DNA of 64,000 bases from Nageia nagi (lineage: Eukaryota > Plantae > Pinophyta). Within the stretch, counting starts at the first letter, position 1. Each line of letters starts with the position of its first letter. The DNA lies in assembly GCA_050084985.1 (NCBI GenBank), contig JBITNC010000001.1, positions 145,948,001 to 146,012,000 of the forward strand. The letters are read 5' to 3'. The notes beneath the pieces were generated by a model. It saw only the letters and a program-made list of their open reading frames with translations, was not told the DNA's origin and made no database searches. This document shows, piece by piece, positions 26,200 through 39,940 of this stretch. The translations under genes were made by a program, and so were the position numbers.

Positions 26200-28930
26200 C
26201 ATTGCACCAAATACATCTTGATATGGAATCCAAAAAAGGTGCATTTTCATCTAATCCATCTTGCCTACAAGCACTAATTCCACATCAAACTTTGCAAAAC
26301 CAACACCCCCTACTATTTCTTGTAGAATATACAACAACTAGAAATGAATTTAGTTATACATTAGATAGCCTTAAAAACATGTCCACATGTGCTATGTGTA
26401 TGGAAAACTATCCAAGAATTAAAACAAAAAACTCAATGGGAATTACACTTGTTAAAGGTTTATTTTAGAAAAAATTGGCACTACTTCTCTATCACAAAAA
26501 ACATGGACCCTAGTGAAGAACCCATTTGCTTACAAAGACTTAATCAAGTTGAGAAGGTGCTAATAGCAAGAGTTAGCACCATACTTTAGGTTACATATGC
26601 AAGGGGTGGTCAATTAAATTACAATGGTCATACAATCTATTTTCCCTATGATATTTTTGCACTTGCAACTCAATTACCAAGATGCATAAATACATTGGAT
26701 ATACAAATAGTTAACAAGAAGAATATCAATAACCAATATTACAATTTCCATGTTAGCAAAACTCAAGTCTTGGAGGCATTGATATACAAGATCAAATATA
26801 ATGCATACTACAAGGATGTCCATTTAGATGAAATTTCATTATCATTATTGTCTGATGATTCTAAAGACATATCTAAAATTTTATACATGATATCTCTATA
26901 CCTCTCCCTTTGTTGATACAAAGCTCATGGAAATAGATGATTCAAATGATTCATTGTACAAGATAACATACATACAGTAAGTTTGTATGTTACAAATCTC
27001 CCCCTTGGACGTAGAGAATTTGAGCATTTATGATCATTAGTGTAATTACTCTTTCACCATTTAATAAGTACAACACTAAAGGATTTTTTGATATGGCATT
27101 TTCCACTTTATTTCTATTAGGTGCAACATCATTCAAGAAATAACCCATGAAAGAGGTTAAGTTGCATGAATTTGTGCTCCACTTACTATGATACCATGAT
27201 AATAGATTCAGCTAGCACCTACAATTTTGATACTTCATACTAAACATGTTATAATGTCATTATAGTGAAGGAAGAACATATATCTTTTCTCTTCAAAATA
27301 TTAGAACATTATTACCAACCATAATTTAGGACCTCTAACAAGGACAAAAGGATGTGCTAGATGATAAACTCCCTAAATAATTAATGCATTTTGGTTCATC
27401 AATTCATGGAACAAATCCTTTTTGGAATCATTGTAGTGCTGAGATTTTAGACATGATCATTCATGGCAAGACTTGTATGATTATGCTATCCACAACACCT
27501 ACAAATCCTCAAGTAGCTTCTAAATGGAGAATGCATAACATTATTTAAAATCCACATGTTGTATCACATATGTACAACATTCCTTAAAATTGTGTTGGTT
27601 AAACTCTTTAAAGCAATTGACTATTGGTATAGGTATTACATTGATCACATTATTTTTGAATAATTTTTTTTACTTTTGAATAATTTTTTTTACTCTAACC
27701 TAATAATATATTCTTACATGTATGAATGGTAGCATAGAGGTTCTATGCATATTCATGACTTCCTTTGACTAAAGGATGCACCTAACATTTCCTACCTAGA
27801 ATGCAATAATGCTCAATCAATTTAAAATGCAATCAATTATCTAGATAACTATGTATTTGATTGGAACCATTAAATAAATCCCCTATAAGAAAATACATAT
27901 CCTCGAATCAATCTTCGTGATCCTTTTTTGCTAAACACATAATTAATTATGTTAACCAATCCATACATTGATTATAAAGAACTTGTTAATTACATCTAAT
28001 ACCATACAAAGTGTTCATTGCATATATATTTGTGCAAAGTAGGAAAATCTATTGATTGTTACTACAAAGCCCCTTGGAACATGCAAGATATCTCCACCCT
28101 TGAAATAAATGAAAATCATCAGCCCAAATACACTCCTACTCATAATGATGAGCAATTGAATCTTCATAACCATACTATTCTCTCTATTTGGAGAGCCAAC
28201 ATAGATTTTAAGACTGTTATATCAATCAATGTAGTCCTCATGTACATTTCAAATTTTGAACTAGTAAAAATAGTTGCAAATGCATTTCAAAAAATGCTCA
28301 TCAACAATATTATTGAATACAATATCTTTTCCCAAGAAACATACCACCTTCTACTAAAACTATCATTGATTGTATGTAGTCAAACACTCTAATTCTTAAA
28401 TGTAAAATAAAAAAAAACTTGAATGTATATCACTCTTCATCTTCCATAACCTTCATTTATGCATATATGGTCTTACCTACATTTATGAATACAATGTTAC
28501 TTATTGAAGTAGCTAGAAGCTAAACATTTAAAGCAACTTACAAAACTACACCATGGAAACAATGTTCTAAAGATGCAATTATCAGAGTCTCACCATGGTT
28601 TACAACCATCCCTTCAAAAGAAGAAAGTTGTTATCATGAATTTTGTTTGATAAATTTACTTCTATATTATCCATTCCATAACATTCAAGTTGATTTTGGT
28701 ACTAATAAGGATGAAATTATAGCAAAGTGGAAGAGATTTTATAATTATTGCACTCCATGGCATGCATATCGTACATCAAAGGAAATAGTTGAAGAGAGTA
28801 TCATCGATTCACCATCCCTTGAGTATATGGACTCCATCAACAAATTCATCTTAAATGGTAAGTGTTTTCCTCTATACACCGATTCCATACTATGCAGGTG
28901 GATGAGTTTGAAATGCTTGTTTGATGAGAC
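26200..28930 (+). pseudogene. Helitron Rep (HUH endonuclease) pseudogene of Helitron2/Helentron type
   Basis: DUF6570-like VEKVLIARV..GGQLNYNGHTIYFP..LPR..YNAYYKDV; Helitron_like_N AFSTLF..HDNRF..F*YFILN; HUH motif DYWYR|YEW*HRGSMHIH across an intron at 27633-27719; NDEQLNLHN..WRANID..VLMYI; SQETYHLLL. Confidence 0.88.
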
Positions 28931-29119
28931 TTAGATCCTTACTATGATTGGGGAATATCACCTTTGACTCCATAGTAAAAAAATTCTAGTTATATTTTTA
29001 TCAATGGAAATCAATATATATTTAAATTATATTCTTTCGCATGATAAATTCCTTTAATGGGTTATCTCTTAAATAAAAAAAGGGTTTTTGATATAGTGTA
29101 ATCATATCTTACTAAAAAT

Positions 29120-30290
29120 CCATTGCAATCACCACTCAAGATGACCATTCAAGGAGCTATAGGTATACAAAAGTCTCACCTAATCAAATGCATTAGATCT
29201 TTACTTTACAATTTGGATCCAAATGGAGAATCCACATTGCTACTTCTTACATTGATAGGTGTTGCAACATTCAACATAGGTTCTTCAACAATTCATGCCA
29301 CACTTTGAATTCCAATAAAATAAATTGTCCCCCTAATTAGATAATCACTTGCAAGCTTTCAAGAAAAATAATATACGAGATAAATTTCACCTATCCAAAA
29401 CTCCTACAACTCATAGATATTAGGTTGTGTGAGGCATTTCCAAATAATAATCACATTCCATTTAGAGTTTTATCAATAATAATATTCAGTGATCTTGCTC
29501 AACTACCACCTATGAAGGACATTGCCATGTATGCCTCATCCTCATATGATGGTATGTTGTGGTGCACTTTCAAGATAGTTGTGATATTGACCAAAATATT
29601 TTGTCAAATTGGTGAGGATCTTGTACAAATCTAGTTTTCTAACTTGTTGAAAAATATTCAAAATGTAGAAAATATGTAGATTAGGAAATACTAATGTCAC
29701 ATTCATACTCAAGACTGATAGTTATGGAGCAATCTACTTTTTTCTTTTCAATGCATCTTTTTGTAACAAATGAAATTGTTTCTAATAATAATAAATGAAT
29801 GTTATTATCCTTGGAAAAACTAATTTCCTTATCCAATGCAAAGCAACTACAAGGATATGATTTTTCAAATCTAGAAGAAGAAGAACTCCAACAATAGTTA
29901 TTGGTATGTATTGACCAACAAGTTATGTTATCTTCAAATTTATGGATAGAAGTAGGACTCATTAATGGTGCACTTGGAAAAGTTAAATCAATCATTTACA
30001 AGGAAAATAATAATCCACCTCAACTTCCCTTATTTGTTGTTGTTCAATTCAAACATTATATTAGTCCAACTTGGGATTAAAACAACCCAAAAAATATTCC
30101 TCTAATCCACTAAATATGTGGTTGATGATGACAAATCACACTTAAAATGGAATGGACATTAATAATACATAAATCATAGAGACTTACACTTCAAATGGAA
30201 ACTATTAACATTTGTTACATTGAACATTAAGGACTAACTTCTACAGCTATATCCAGAGTACATGCATTAGCTTCTCTTTACAAAGAATGC
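29120..30290 (+). pseudogene. Helitron PIF1-family (SF1B) helicase pseudogene
   Basis: Eroded motifs: Walker A QGAIGIQKSHLI, TLIGVATFNIGSSTIH, SDLAQLPP, VMLSSNLWIEVGLINGALG, WTLIIHKS*RLTL and GLTSTAISRV. Confidence 0.9.
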
Positions 30291-31204
30291 AATTTGGTGT
30301 ACATGTATATCATCAAAAAAAAGAAGAGCAATGTTTGTTGTCACTTTCCAATCATACTGCATGAAAATATGAAAAAATATATTAAATCTCTCTTGGTAAT
30401 TATTTTTTTATCACATTAACATTTTTATATAAATATGACTTTTTCCTTCCTACATATTGTCACAAATTAGTAATTTATATCAGTTCTTATAATATTACAT
30501 TTCACAAATGCAAAATTTAACATTCTTATATCTCATTTCTAGGTATCTAAATACATGGTAAACCAAAATAAATTTCTCTAGACTTGTTCATGGATGAATT
30601 TCGTAGAACTCCATATGTGAATAGGAAAACCAACTTTAGAAGAATATTGTTATGAAAAAGTAATCACAAACCTCTGCAAAGATGAGGTTAAAAAAAACTA
30701 TTCATAGAATACATAGAGTTTAAAGATGAACAAAATAAAAATGATGGATTCTCCTCATGTCACATACTTCCAAGGTAAGGATTTTATATTCAAAATTTCA
30801 TACTTTACATAATGAAAAAAATGTAATTTCATTTGAATTTTACTCATTTCTTTTTAATATGAAAGAAAATAAATTCCAATAATATCTAATATATTTAAAA
30901 ACTTTTTAAAGGTGACCTTTGTAGAACAACAAAAACTTGTCTTTCTAAACTTGCTTTTTTTTTCATTATTTCAAATGTCAATTTATTACATCATTCAACA
31001 TAAACTATTTTTCATTATCTACTTGCTATCTATTTACTTACATTTGTAATTATGTACATAACTAAATTTATTACAATGTAACTCAACATTTTTATTTTTC
31101 AAACTTTGTGGAGTGTTATACTTATTTCCAATGTTTGCATTACATTTTACAAAAAAAATATTTCTGACATAATAATTATATATGATAAACCATATAATTT
31201 CCTA

Positions 31205-31238
31205 CTGTGTACCCACTACACTTGCTTGCAATAGCTAG
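31205..31238 (+). other. Putative Helitron 3' terminus (eroded hairpin + CTAG)
   Basis: ACCCACTACACTTGCTTGCAATAGCTAG|T is a C/G-enriched tract in very AT-rich context, ending in CTAG followed by T. Confidence 0.6.
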
Positions 31239-34200
31239 TTTAATACATTTTTATATACATAATCTTTAAAATACCATTATAAAATATTTTCTCAATTAAA
31301 TAATTTCACATAATTTTTATAAATTTTATTTTATAAGGGTATTTTTAAATAGTTTAACTATTTTACATGTAGTCTAAAAGAGTAATATAAAAAAAAACCT
31401 TTGTAAATTTGTGTACTATCAAAAATACCCTTGTATGTGTATTTATTTTACTCTTTATTTTATTAACTTGTTTTTAATGTTTTAAAAAAAGGGGTAATTT
31501 TAGATATTATGTAAAATTATATGGGTATTTTGCATATTTTCTCTAAAATTAATTATGGTTTATTTTTTAGTGAAGGTTTACAATGTAATTATTTTATCAA
31601 AAAAAATAGATTATATTTTATTATAATTTTAATAATGAAATATTAAATTATTTTTTACAATAAAAGAGTTGTTAATCTCTCTTCTTATCATTTTCTTATA
31701 TAATTATTTTTCTTAATTAATGAGTGAATATAATTTATATTTTCAACATCTCTAAAGGATTAGATAAACAAAAGTCATTTGTTTGTGTTCTAATTCATAT
31801 GTCATAATAGTTGTAATTAGATATAATACACTTGTAAATACTAATATAATATTTGTTGATAAATGAAATCACATTTATTATAAAAGTAAAGATTATAGAC
31901 TAATACTATGTGACTTATAGTCCAACCCACTTTAAATACCTATCATGACTAGTGTCATACTAGAATAAACCTCAAAAATATTTCAATTGTAATAGATCGT
32001 ACCATTAGTTTACATTAATATGTTATCTAAGGGTTGAATTAAGGACACCCTGTTTCATTACTTATAATAAAGTGATGAATTAGGAACTAGTTTTTCCTTT
32101 TGAGCTTATGCAATTAAAATTATAGAACATAGATTGTATATAAATTAGGAATAAAAGAACATAATAAGGTACGTATAAGATAAATGTGTCAAGCATTGGA
32201 TATTGTTGTTATGATTAATTAATAAATATAGTTAAAATGAATAAATGAGAAAAAATATGCTAGAATCTTGTTACCACCCATAATATTTAAGCTTGTAATT
32301 TATAGAAAATTTCCAATAAAAATTATCTTTTAAAAGTAAATAAAAATAAAAATTAAAAACTTTCAAAAACTTATCATTTTTATTATTTTTCAATTGGTCA
32401 ATTTGAATTGAAGTTTAATATTATCCTAAGCCTTATGATTTTAACTAACTAAATCAGTCAAGTTCATTTTCCACTTACTCAAATTGAGTTGTCTCTTAGA
32501 GATTTTTTTATTATTCTACCCAATTTGACAAATTAAATTTATGTGTCATTTTTTAGTTAGTCATAATCACAAATTTGTTAACAAATATCTTTATATTGTC
32601 TTATACATTCCTAATCCAAAAAAATACTTTACAAAATTTAAAAGAAATATTAGGTGTACTGATATGTATGATAATATCTTTTTTAGTAATATTTCTTGAT
32701 CCAACTAACCCATTTATATAAGAATATTTTTCATTAAGGTTAGATCAACATTATCTAAAATAAGTTGCTTAATTATATCATAAATGTTCCCACTCTAACC
32801 AACATATTTACCAATCCATGTGGCTAAAATTTAATGACTTGTATATTAAGCTTTCGCTATACTCACTTAGTTGATCACTTCAATCTAAATAACATAATTT
32901 ATAATCCCATTCACCTTGGTCTCCATGTAAATCCTAGCCATACTAAATCATTTGTTTCACCATATATCCTCTCGTATTCATTTCATAAATCCTTTATGTA
33001 CCCCTACATTCTATAACTAAGAGGTGACCCCCACAATAGCCTACAAGGTGATCCGACCATGAGTGAAGATAAGGATTTGGAATAGAGAATTTTAAATAGA
33101 AGAAATACCAAATTTAACTTTAGCAGGAACCTATTATATTTAACCAAGATTTAAAGGTAACTAAATCTTGAAATTAATTTTTATCTAGGACCACAACACA
33201 AACAAATGTTTCAAGACATTATTTAAAGTATCATCTTGACCAGAATAATGGTTTCATTTTTTTAGGTGATCTTATAGACTTAGAAGATCATAAATTCCTT
33301 GATAATGAAGACTCAATATAATTTCTCTAAGAAAGAAAATGGGTTGAATTAACAAATATGATGATGAATCAACATTTAAAAAACATATTAATTGTATCAA
33401 TTTGACCAACTATTTTGAACTCGACATTTTAAATATTAAATCATTTTGTTAGATCTACATGAACAACTAGAGCTTGTAAAGTTTAATAGTAATGATTTAT
33501 ATAACTAAAATAAATTTAAACCTATTAAGAATTAGTATTTTTATAAAGAAATAAGATTGATCCATAATGTTGATGAAAAATTGAAAGCAAAATTTGTAAA
33601 TAATGAATTTGACTCAATCATGTATTGTTGGATATGTTCAAATTTTAAAATTTAGCTAAGTTAATTAAGCTCGATCTTGATGATCATCTAGATGAAAGTT
33701 TACAAATTTTATGAATGAAAATTCAGATCTTATGAAGAAAAAATATGATTTTATCATGAAGAGAATTTAATTAATTGCTACAAATTATGAAAAAATATGA
33801 ATTGATATATCTATTTTGCAAGATGAGTGATTAAAGGTAATAACAAATAAAGATATTGATGAAAGTGAATTTGATTGAGCTTTAAATAGATGGGAGCTCA
33901 AAATAAGAGATATTCCTTCATGATGGATTGAAGAATATTACAGATACTGAATGTAGCCACAAGTATATATTATCACATAAAATTTATTAATGCATTTAAA
34001 TATATATATTTGCTTGCACTAATATACACCTAGAATATTTAATTTAATGTTGTTAATGTTTATCTTGAACATAATCATAATATCAATAATTATATTGAAT
34101 ATTGTTATGTATTGTGGACTAACCCTATTTATGTAGGTACACATCAACCTAAGGAGCAGGTCATATTATTATTTATATAAATAGGAATCTAATAGTAAGT

Positions 34201-35799
34201 CCACATCAAGGAGATACATGATCTAATATCTGGTCCAAATGGTGGCAATCCTTTAGGTTTCTTTTTACATCACCATTCAAGGCTATGGTTTGTGTACTTC
34301 CTTATGCAAGCTATTCTAACATTGATGAGTTATTTGAATATCATATCACTAATTGAAACATCTATATGCAAATTATTGACCTAATTTGAAAGTAAAGAGC
34401 ACTTTAAGGATGGTTATCGATGCTCCTTATCCATGCTAAATACACCATCAATGCTCCTGCTATAAAACATATAGACCACCTATGGTCCTCTTTTTGTTGC
34501 ATTTCAGGTTATAGCTTCTACAGTAGGATTTCTCTATCATCCACATGTCAAACATATCATTGTTCTTTAGTGTTAAGTATGCTTTGCAAGGTAAGTATAC
34601 AAATCATAGTTAACATCAATAAGAAAAAGTGCTAAGTTAAATAAGAAAAATCATGGAAAGGTGTAACATCAATAAGAAAAAGTGCTAAGTTAAATAAGGA
34701 TAGTGTCCCTTTAGCTACCAAAACCAATTTTCCTGATGATGAATCTTATAATGGAGATTTCAAAGATAATGATAACCCTAGTAAAATAACCATAAATATA
34801 ATGGAAGATGAATATTATCACGAGGACTTAGAAGATAATGATGGCCTTGAAGAAGAAATAATCCAACCTTTTGAAAGTAAATGTCAATTAGCCCTTTATC
34901 AATTTAAAAAATCTAATAGAAGATAAGTTAAGATTGGTCCAATAATTCATAAAGGTCCTAGGGGCATTCTATAAGTTTACTAAACATGTTACTATACTCC
35001 ATTCATTTCATATCATCTATGAATTTTTGATTGAAAATAGTTCTAGGTCACCTTGTAGGATATTGTTGGCTAAGCCACCCCTCTTGTCATACACCTTAAT
35101 AGGTCATATTAGGACCATATATGGTCTCAATCTTGTTGAAATGGACCACTTGTTGCATATTTTTCCTATAGAAAGCCATGTCAACTTTTGTATGTTTTTT
35201 TCTTTCTACCTTTGAGTCAAACTTTCATCAATCTACATCACCTTAACACTTGTAAAAAAATTTAAAGGTCATGAATCAATAACATTAGAAGAAGCTAATT
35301 GTGGGCATTTTGATGATGAGATGGTTGAATTTAATGATGAGTTAGATAATGAATAAGAAATAGAATTTGAAATCAATCCTATAACATAAGGACTTATCAA
35401 TGCTTACCCTTATTGGTTAGATAGAGAAAAAAAATTAAAGATATAGAAGTAAGGAAAACAATAGGCACATAATCTTATTGAAAAGCTCAAATATGTATAA
35501 GACAGGTAATCACAAGAGAGTTGGATAATCAACTAATTTAAGAATGGAGAGATCAAAATGGGAGATTTACTCCTGAGACACTTGAATATGAGAATGAGAA
35601 AGAAATTGAAAAACTTAATACCCTATAGAAAACAATAACAATGAAACTATGTGAAGTGATAGAGAAAAATTAGAGAAAAGGATGGCACAATTGAAAGAAA
35701 TGGCTAAACAATTAAAGAGGTTAACACTATTAAGTAAAGAAAAAGAAGGTGAATAGTTAAATAAAAGGCATTCCTTTTGTGCGAAAATAAAAGGATAAA

Positions 35800-36610
35800 C
35801 ATGGAAAGGGGAAAACATAGATTTTCACAAATATGATGGCATTAGTGATCCAAGGATGCATATCACAATTTTTGAAGAAGCAATTTGTAGTCATCAACAT
35901 GATGAAGATATGTTAGCAAGATTATTTGAACTCAATTTAGAAAAAGAATCTTCTAAATGGTTCTACATTCTTGAAAATCAAAGTATCACTAACTATGAGC
36001 AATTAAAATGAGAATTCATAAATCAATATAAACATAATATAAAAAGAAAATCAACCCTTGTCAATTTAGTAAAAATGAGACAAGGTGAGAACCAATCATT
36101 TGAATAATTTATAAAAACATGGAAGAAAATAGCCACATTCATAAATTTAAATGAAAAGAAGCTAAAGCATATGTTATTCAAATCCCTTAGAGATGATATG
36201 ATATTAGAATTCTTCAACTATCTAGAGCAACCCCTCTTTGAGATGATGATGTCCATGATTCAAAAAGTGAAGCACCTAGTAAAAATTGATTATTATAAAC
36301 TTAAAGAGAAAAATAGAAACTATAAACTATGTAAAAAATAGCAATAGTTACAATGGCAAAAGAAACATCTTGTCCATCTAAGAATAAAACCCCTAAAATA
36401 TATGCCAAAATTACAAAAGATCATGATGAGTTATTACAAACATTGCTTCAAAAGAGTTTGATCCAATTACCACCCATTAGTCAAAAGGTCACTAAAACTA
36501 TAGGTGGATTTTGTAGGTATCATAGAATTCATGGACACAAAATATGTGAATGTAAAAAGTTTAAAGATATTGTCTAAGATTTGAAAGATAAAAAAGTGAT
36601 ATCATTCAAA
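35800..36610 (+). pseudogene. Tat/Ogre-type gag pseudogene
   Basis: FHKYDGISDPRMHI..LARLF..KWF..EFINQY..MRQGENQSF and the zinc knuckle FCRYHRIHGHKICEC. Confidence 0.85.
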
Positions 36611-37243
36611 AAATAGGAAGATAAGAAAAAGACTCTTGTACATGTGGATAATGAAAAATTAGGAATTTGCAAGAACTGCATGCCACAACATAAGACAATA
36701 ATATTGTATACATAAGACAATTTGATAAAAAAACCCATTATTATAGGGACACAACAAGGAAAACATCAAAATCAAGCTAGCACCTATTGGGGCACAAGGC
36801 CCTCTAGTTATGTCATTTGGTAAACATGCATGATCATACTAACTCTAATAGAACTAATAATAGGATAAATGAACTGATTAATATCATGACAAAAAAATGA
36901 GGGATCATTTCGATGTCATATTAGGAGTGTTGGTGCTCCATTTTTGTCAAGAATGGAATGCTTGCAATCCTCATTTGTATTCAAATTTTGTCAAATTAAA
37001 AAATTAATGAGCACCCCTTGGAATTGAGTTTTAGCTCCTAGATTGTTATATTTTTTTAGGCCTCTTGGAGTAGAGTTTCAACTCTCATATTATCATAAAA
37101 TACATGTAACAAACAATAATGCAAATAAATAAAAGTCATATTTTATATATCATAAAAAGGTCAATCATTTTACAGAATCTTAGAATGGTTGAGTAATCAT
37201 CATGTACATAAAAGCTATAATCTCATAGTAGGATCTCCTCCCC

Positions 37244-38965
37244 TTATGCTAGAACTAGTAGCCCTACTAGAGCCACTACCCCCATACAAAGCCTTGTATT
37301 TTTTGGCCCTTGCTTTTTCTTCCCTTGCTTATCTCTTAGCCTTGCATAGCTACTTGTAAAGGTCCTATATATATGCATTAGCTTTTCATATATCTTGGTA
37401 TAGGGTGGTATATTCTCCTCCTTCATATCGTAGTTGTCCCTATAGATCTATAATTTTGACATCCTTTTGCTTTATGAACTTGTGTAGCTAGGCCATGATA
37501 GGTTCAAGATCCTCATCATCTACATATAAATAACATATTAGTATTGTATGCATTTTACAATAAAAATAAAAACATATATATAAATATAAAAAGAATAGAT
37601 ACCATCATCATCATCCTCATCTTCGGACACATCCGTGTCTCTCTATGTCAAGCTCATACTTTTATTGGTCTAGGTCAATCTCCTCATTGTCATCATGAGC
37701 AACATCTAGTGTCATGTCATGTGTGTCATTTGTGTCATATGAGCCTCATCTTGACTATGTGTACCCTATGCCCCATCCTATCGATGCCTTTTCTATGTCA
37801 AATGCATCTCCCTCATCCTTAGGTTGTTCTACCTTATGTATGCTTATATGGTGAGGAGAATGTCCTTGGCACCAATCCATGTAGTGCTCAGTATGCACAA
37901 GACCATCTATATCTAGGTCATCCTTAAAGTTTGAGTCCTCATTAGGGGATGTCCATATGGAATCCCAATTTGGCATTGGCTCATAGTCCTCTAGTAGATC
38001 CTTGCTATGATAGTAGCATACTACTATCTTACAATCATTTCATATCCCTTATTGTATTTTAAACTATCAAAGTACCCTCTTTGGTTTGTATGGCTCAACC
38101 AATGTCCTATGTGCCTGGATGTATGTCAAGTGTCTCACCTAGGGTAGCTTGTGTATATCCTTGATCCACTCTAGGGCATATCTATATGGATGCTAGTGTA
38201 TCTATGACTCCTTGAGTGTGTCGAATCATCTCCTCCATCCCTCTAAGTCAATGTAGAAAATTGAAGATCATGTGTATTTTCCCATCATTACCATGTGGGT
38301 ACATTATCAAGTAAATCCTTTGGTAGAGAGGCTTATCTAGAGATGCCTATATGATCATATGCCCATACCTATAGTATCATGGAGTGAGCCACCTATCTCC
38401 CCCCTCTCGCAACCTTAGTGAATGTATGTAAATCATGGTATAGCTATACCAAAATAGCTAGACACCATGCATATCGCTACTTATGTCAGACCATGTCCAT
38501 CCTGATAGGCACCATCCCCATAAGGAATGTCTTGCTACTTTTATCTAGGTAGATAATAGCATCTAGTAAGCAAGCAATGAGAAACCTCAATCATAGGTCA
38601 ACCTATACTAGAGGATTCTTTGGTACATGTCTCATTAGAGAAACTCCCCTCTTCCTTTGGTTCACCTCATCTAAGCCTATAAGCCACATAGCCCACTCCT
38701 CTGCTCATTCCATGCTACAAAAGGGGACCATGTTCACTAGCTTACCTTTGATAGGTAACCTAGTGATCCTGTAGACAACCTTAAAAGTCACTATAATCTT
38801 CCCTATAGGCAAGTGAAAGGTGTTTGAATTAGTATCCCACCTCTCCATCAAAGCTATGAACATATCCTAATCATGATATATGTAATTGGAAAAGGCCAGA
38901 TAGCTCAAGGAAATAGCTTTGAGTATGCTCCAGCTCTCTTTTGATTAGGGCCATTATTGAGTAAC
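37244..38965 (-). pseudogene. Antisense Plant Mobile Domain (PMD, aminotransferase-like) pseudogene inside the Tat/Ogre element
   Basis: ALMERWDTNSNTFHLPIGKIIVTFKVVYRITRLPIKG (~38855-38745), YAWCLAIL..LYHDL and VWAYDHIGISR are hallmark PMD motifs. A GT-AG intron lies at 37602-37520. Confidence 0.85.
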
Positions 38966-39632
38966 TATAAATGTAGTACACTTTCTAGAAGGTTACATAT
39001 AATAGCTATGATCTTGGTATAAAAACCCAAAAAGTAATATTAGTTTCTACTATTAATGCATTTTTTTGAGTTTTACAGAATAGTAAAGAGAGGACCACTC
39101 ATGGTCCAAACCACCATAAAAGAGGATTGCCCATGATTCGAACTAGGGAAAAAGGGACTACTATTGGCCCCCTTCCCATACACAAAACTAATAAAAATTC
39201 ATGAGCAAGGTCATATAGAAGAGAACAACCTAATCACAAAGGTACAAAAATGAAAAAATAGTGCTAAAAGTCAAAAATGAAAGCAAAGGTATTCTAATGG
39301 GTAAAACCCTAGGAACAAGATACTAGACTTATACAAAAACTATATAAAAAGAAAACATAGAAAAAAAATCAAGAATACATCAAGGAAAGATAGGTAAGGA
39401 TGATTTAGCTAATGACCAGTAGGAGAGTTCATCACTAGGGTAGCTTTGTGTCCCTCTCAGTGTTTAATTGATAAAGCCATGATAGGGAGATGTGAAAAAG
39501 AAGAAAAGGTAAATCACAGGTTAATAGCAATGGAATTAGGAACAAGTACCTACCTTATAGGTTCTCAAAACTCCTAAGGCACTCTCCACTCTCAAAATAT
39601 AAGCAAGTGATAATGAAAGGGGGGTGAACCCT

Positions 39633-39640
39633 CTTTTATA
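39633..39640 (-). promoter_or_regulatory. Candidate TATA box of the antisense PMD transcript
   Basis: TATAAAAG on the minus strand, ~85 bp upstream of an AAG|GTAGGT donor (~39553) that points toward the PMD ORF. Confidence 0.4.
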
Positions 39641-39940
39641 AGATTTCAAGGGCACATATCCCTAGATAGTCTTGATTTGCATACTTATTAATTACAAATA
39701 GGTAAATAGAATAGTAAATTAGAATTAGTAAGAAATATGCCATTGTTAAGGTTTTTTTATTTTCAAAAAATTCTTAAGAAAAGGACCACCCATGGCCTTC
39801 TTCTATTATTTAAGGACCATCAATGGTGTGCTTATGTCAAAATAGACTACCCGCATTTCTTATTTTGTCATATTGAACATCTTGATTTGTTGAACATGAT
39901 AGAGAAATATCTATATGGCTATATCCTAGATCATATTTTG

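Larger units (their letters stand above)
22822..31238 (+). mobile_element. Decayed autonomous Helitron-like rolling-circle transposon (RPA70 + Rep + PIF1 helicase); 5' end tentative
   Basis: Co-oriented RPA70, HUH Rep and PIF1 helicase pseudogenes. 3' CTAG|T at 31235-31239 follows an eroded hairpin-like tract. Candidate A|TC 5' end at 22822 (TCTATAAAAAAATTAAAG). Confidence 0.85.

Noticed and set aside
29120-30290. Host PIF1 helicase gene
   Set aside because: It is contiguous with a HUH Rep and is degenerate, so it is a Helitron component.
33050-33960. Acidic decayed reading frames upstream of the Tat/Ogre LTR
   Set aside because: No recognisable domain or termini; left unassigned.
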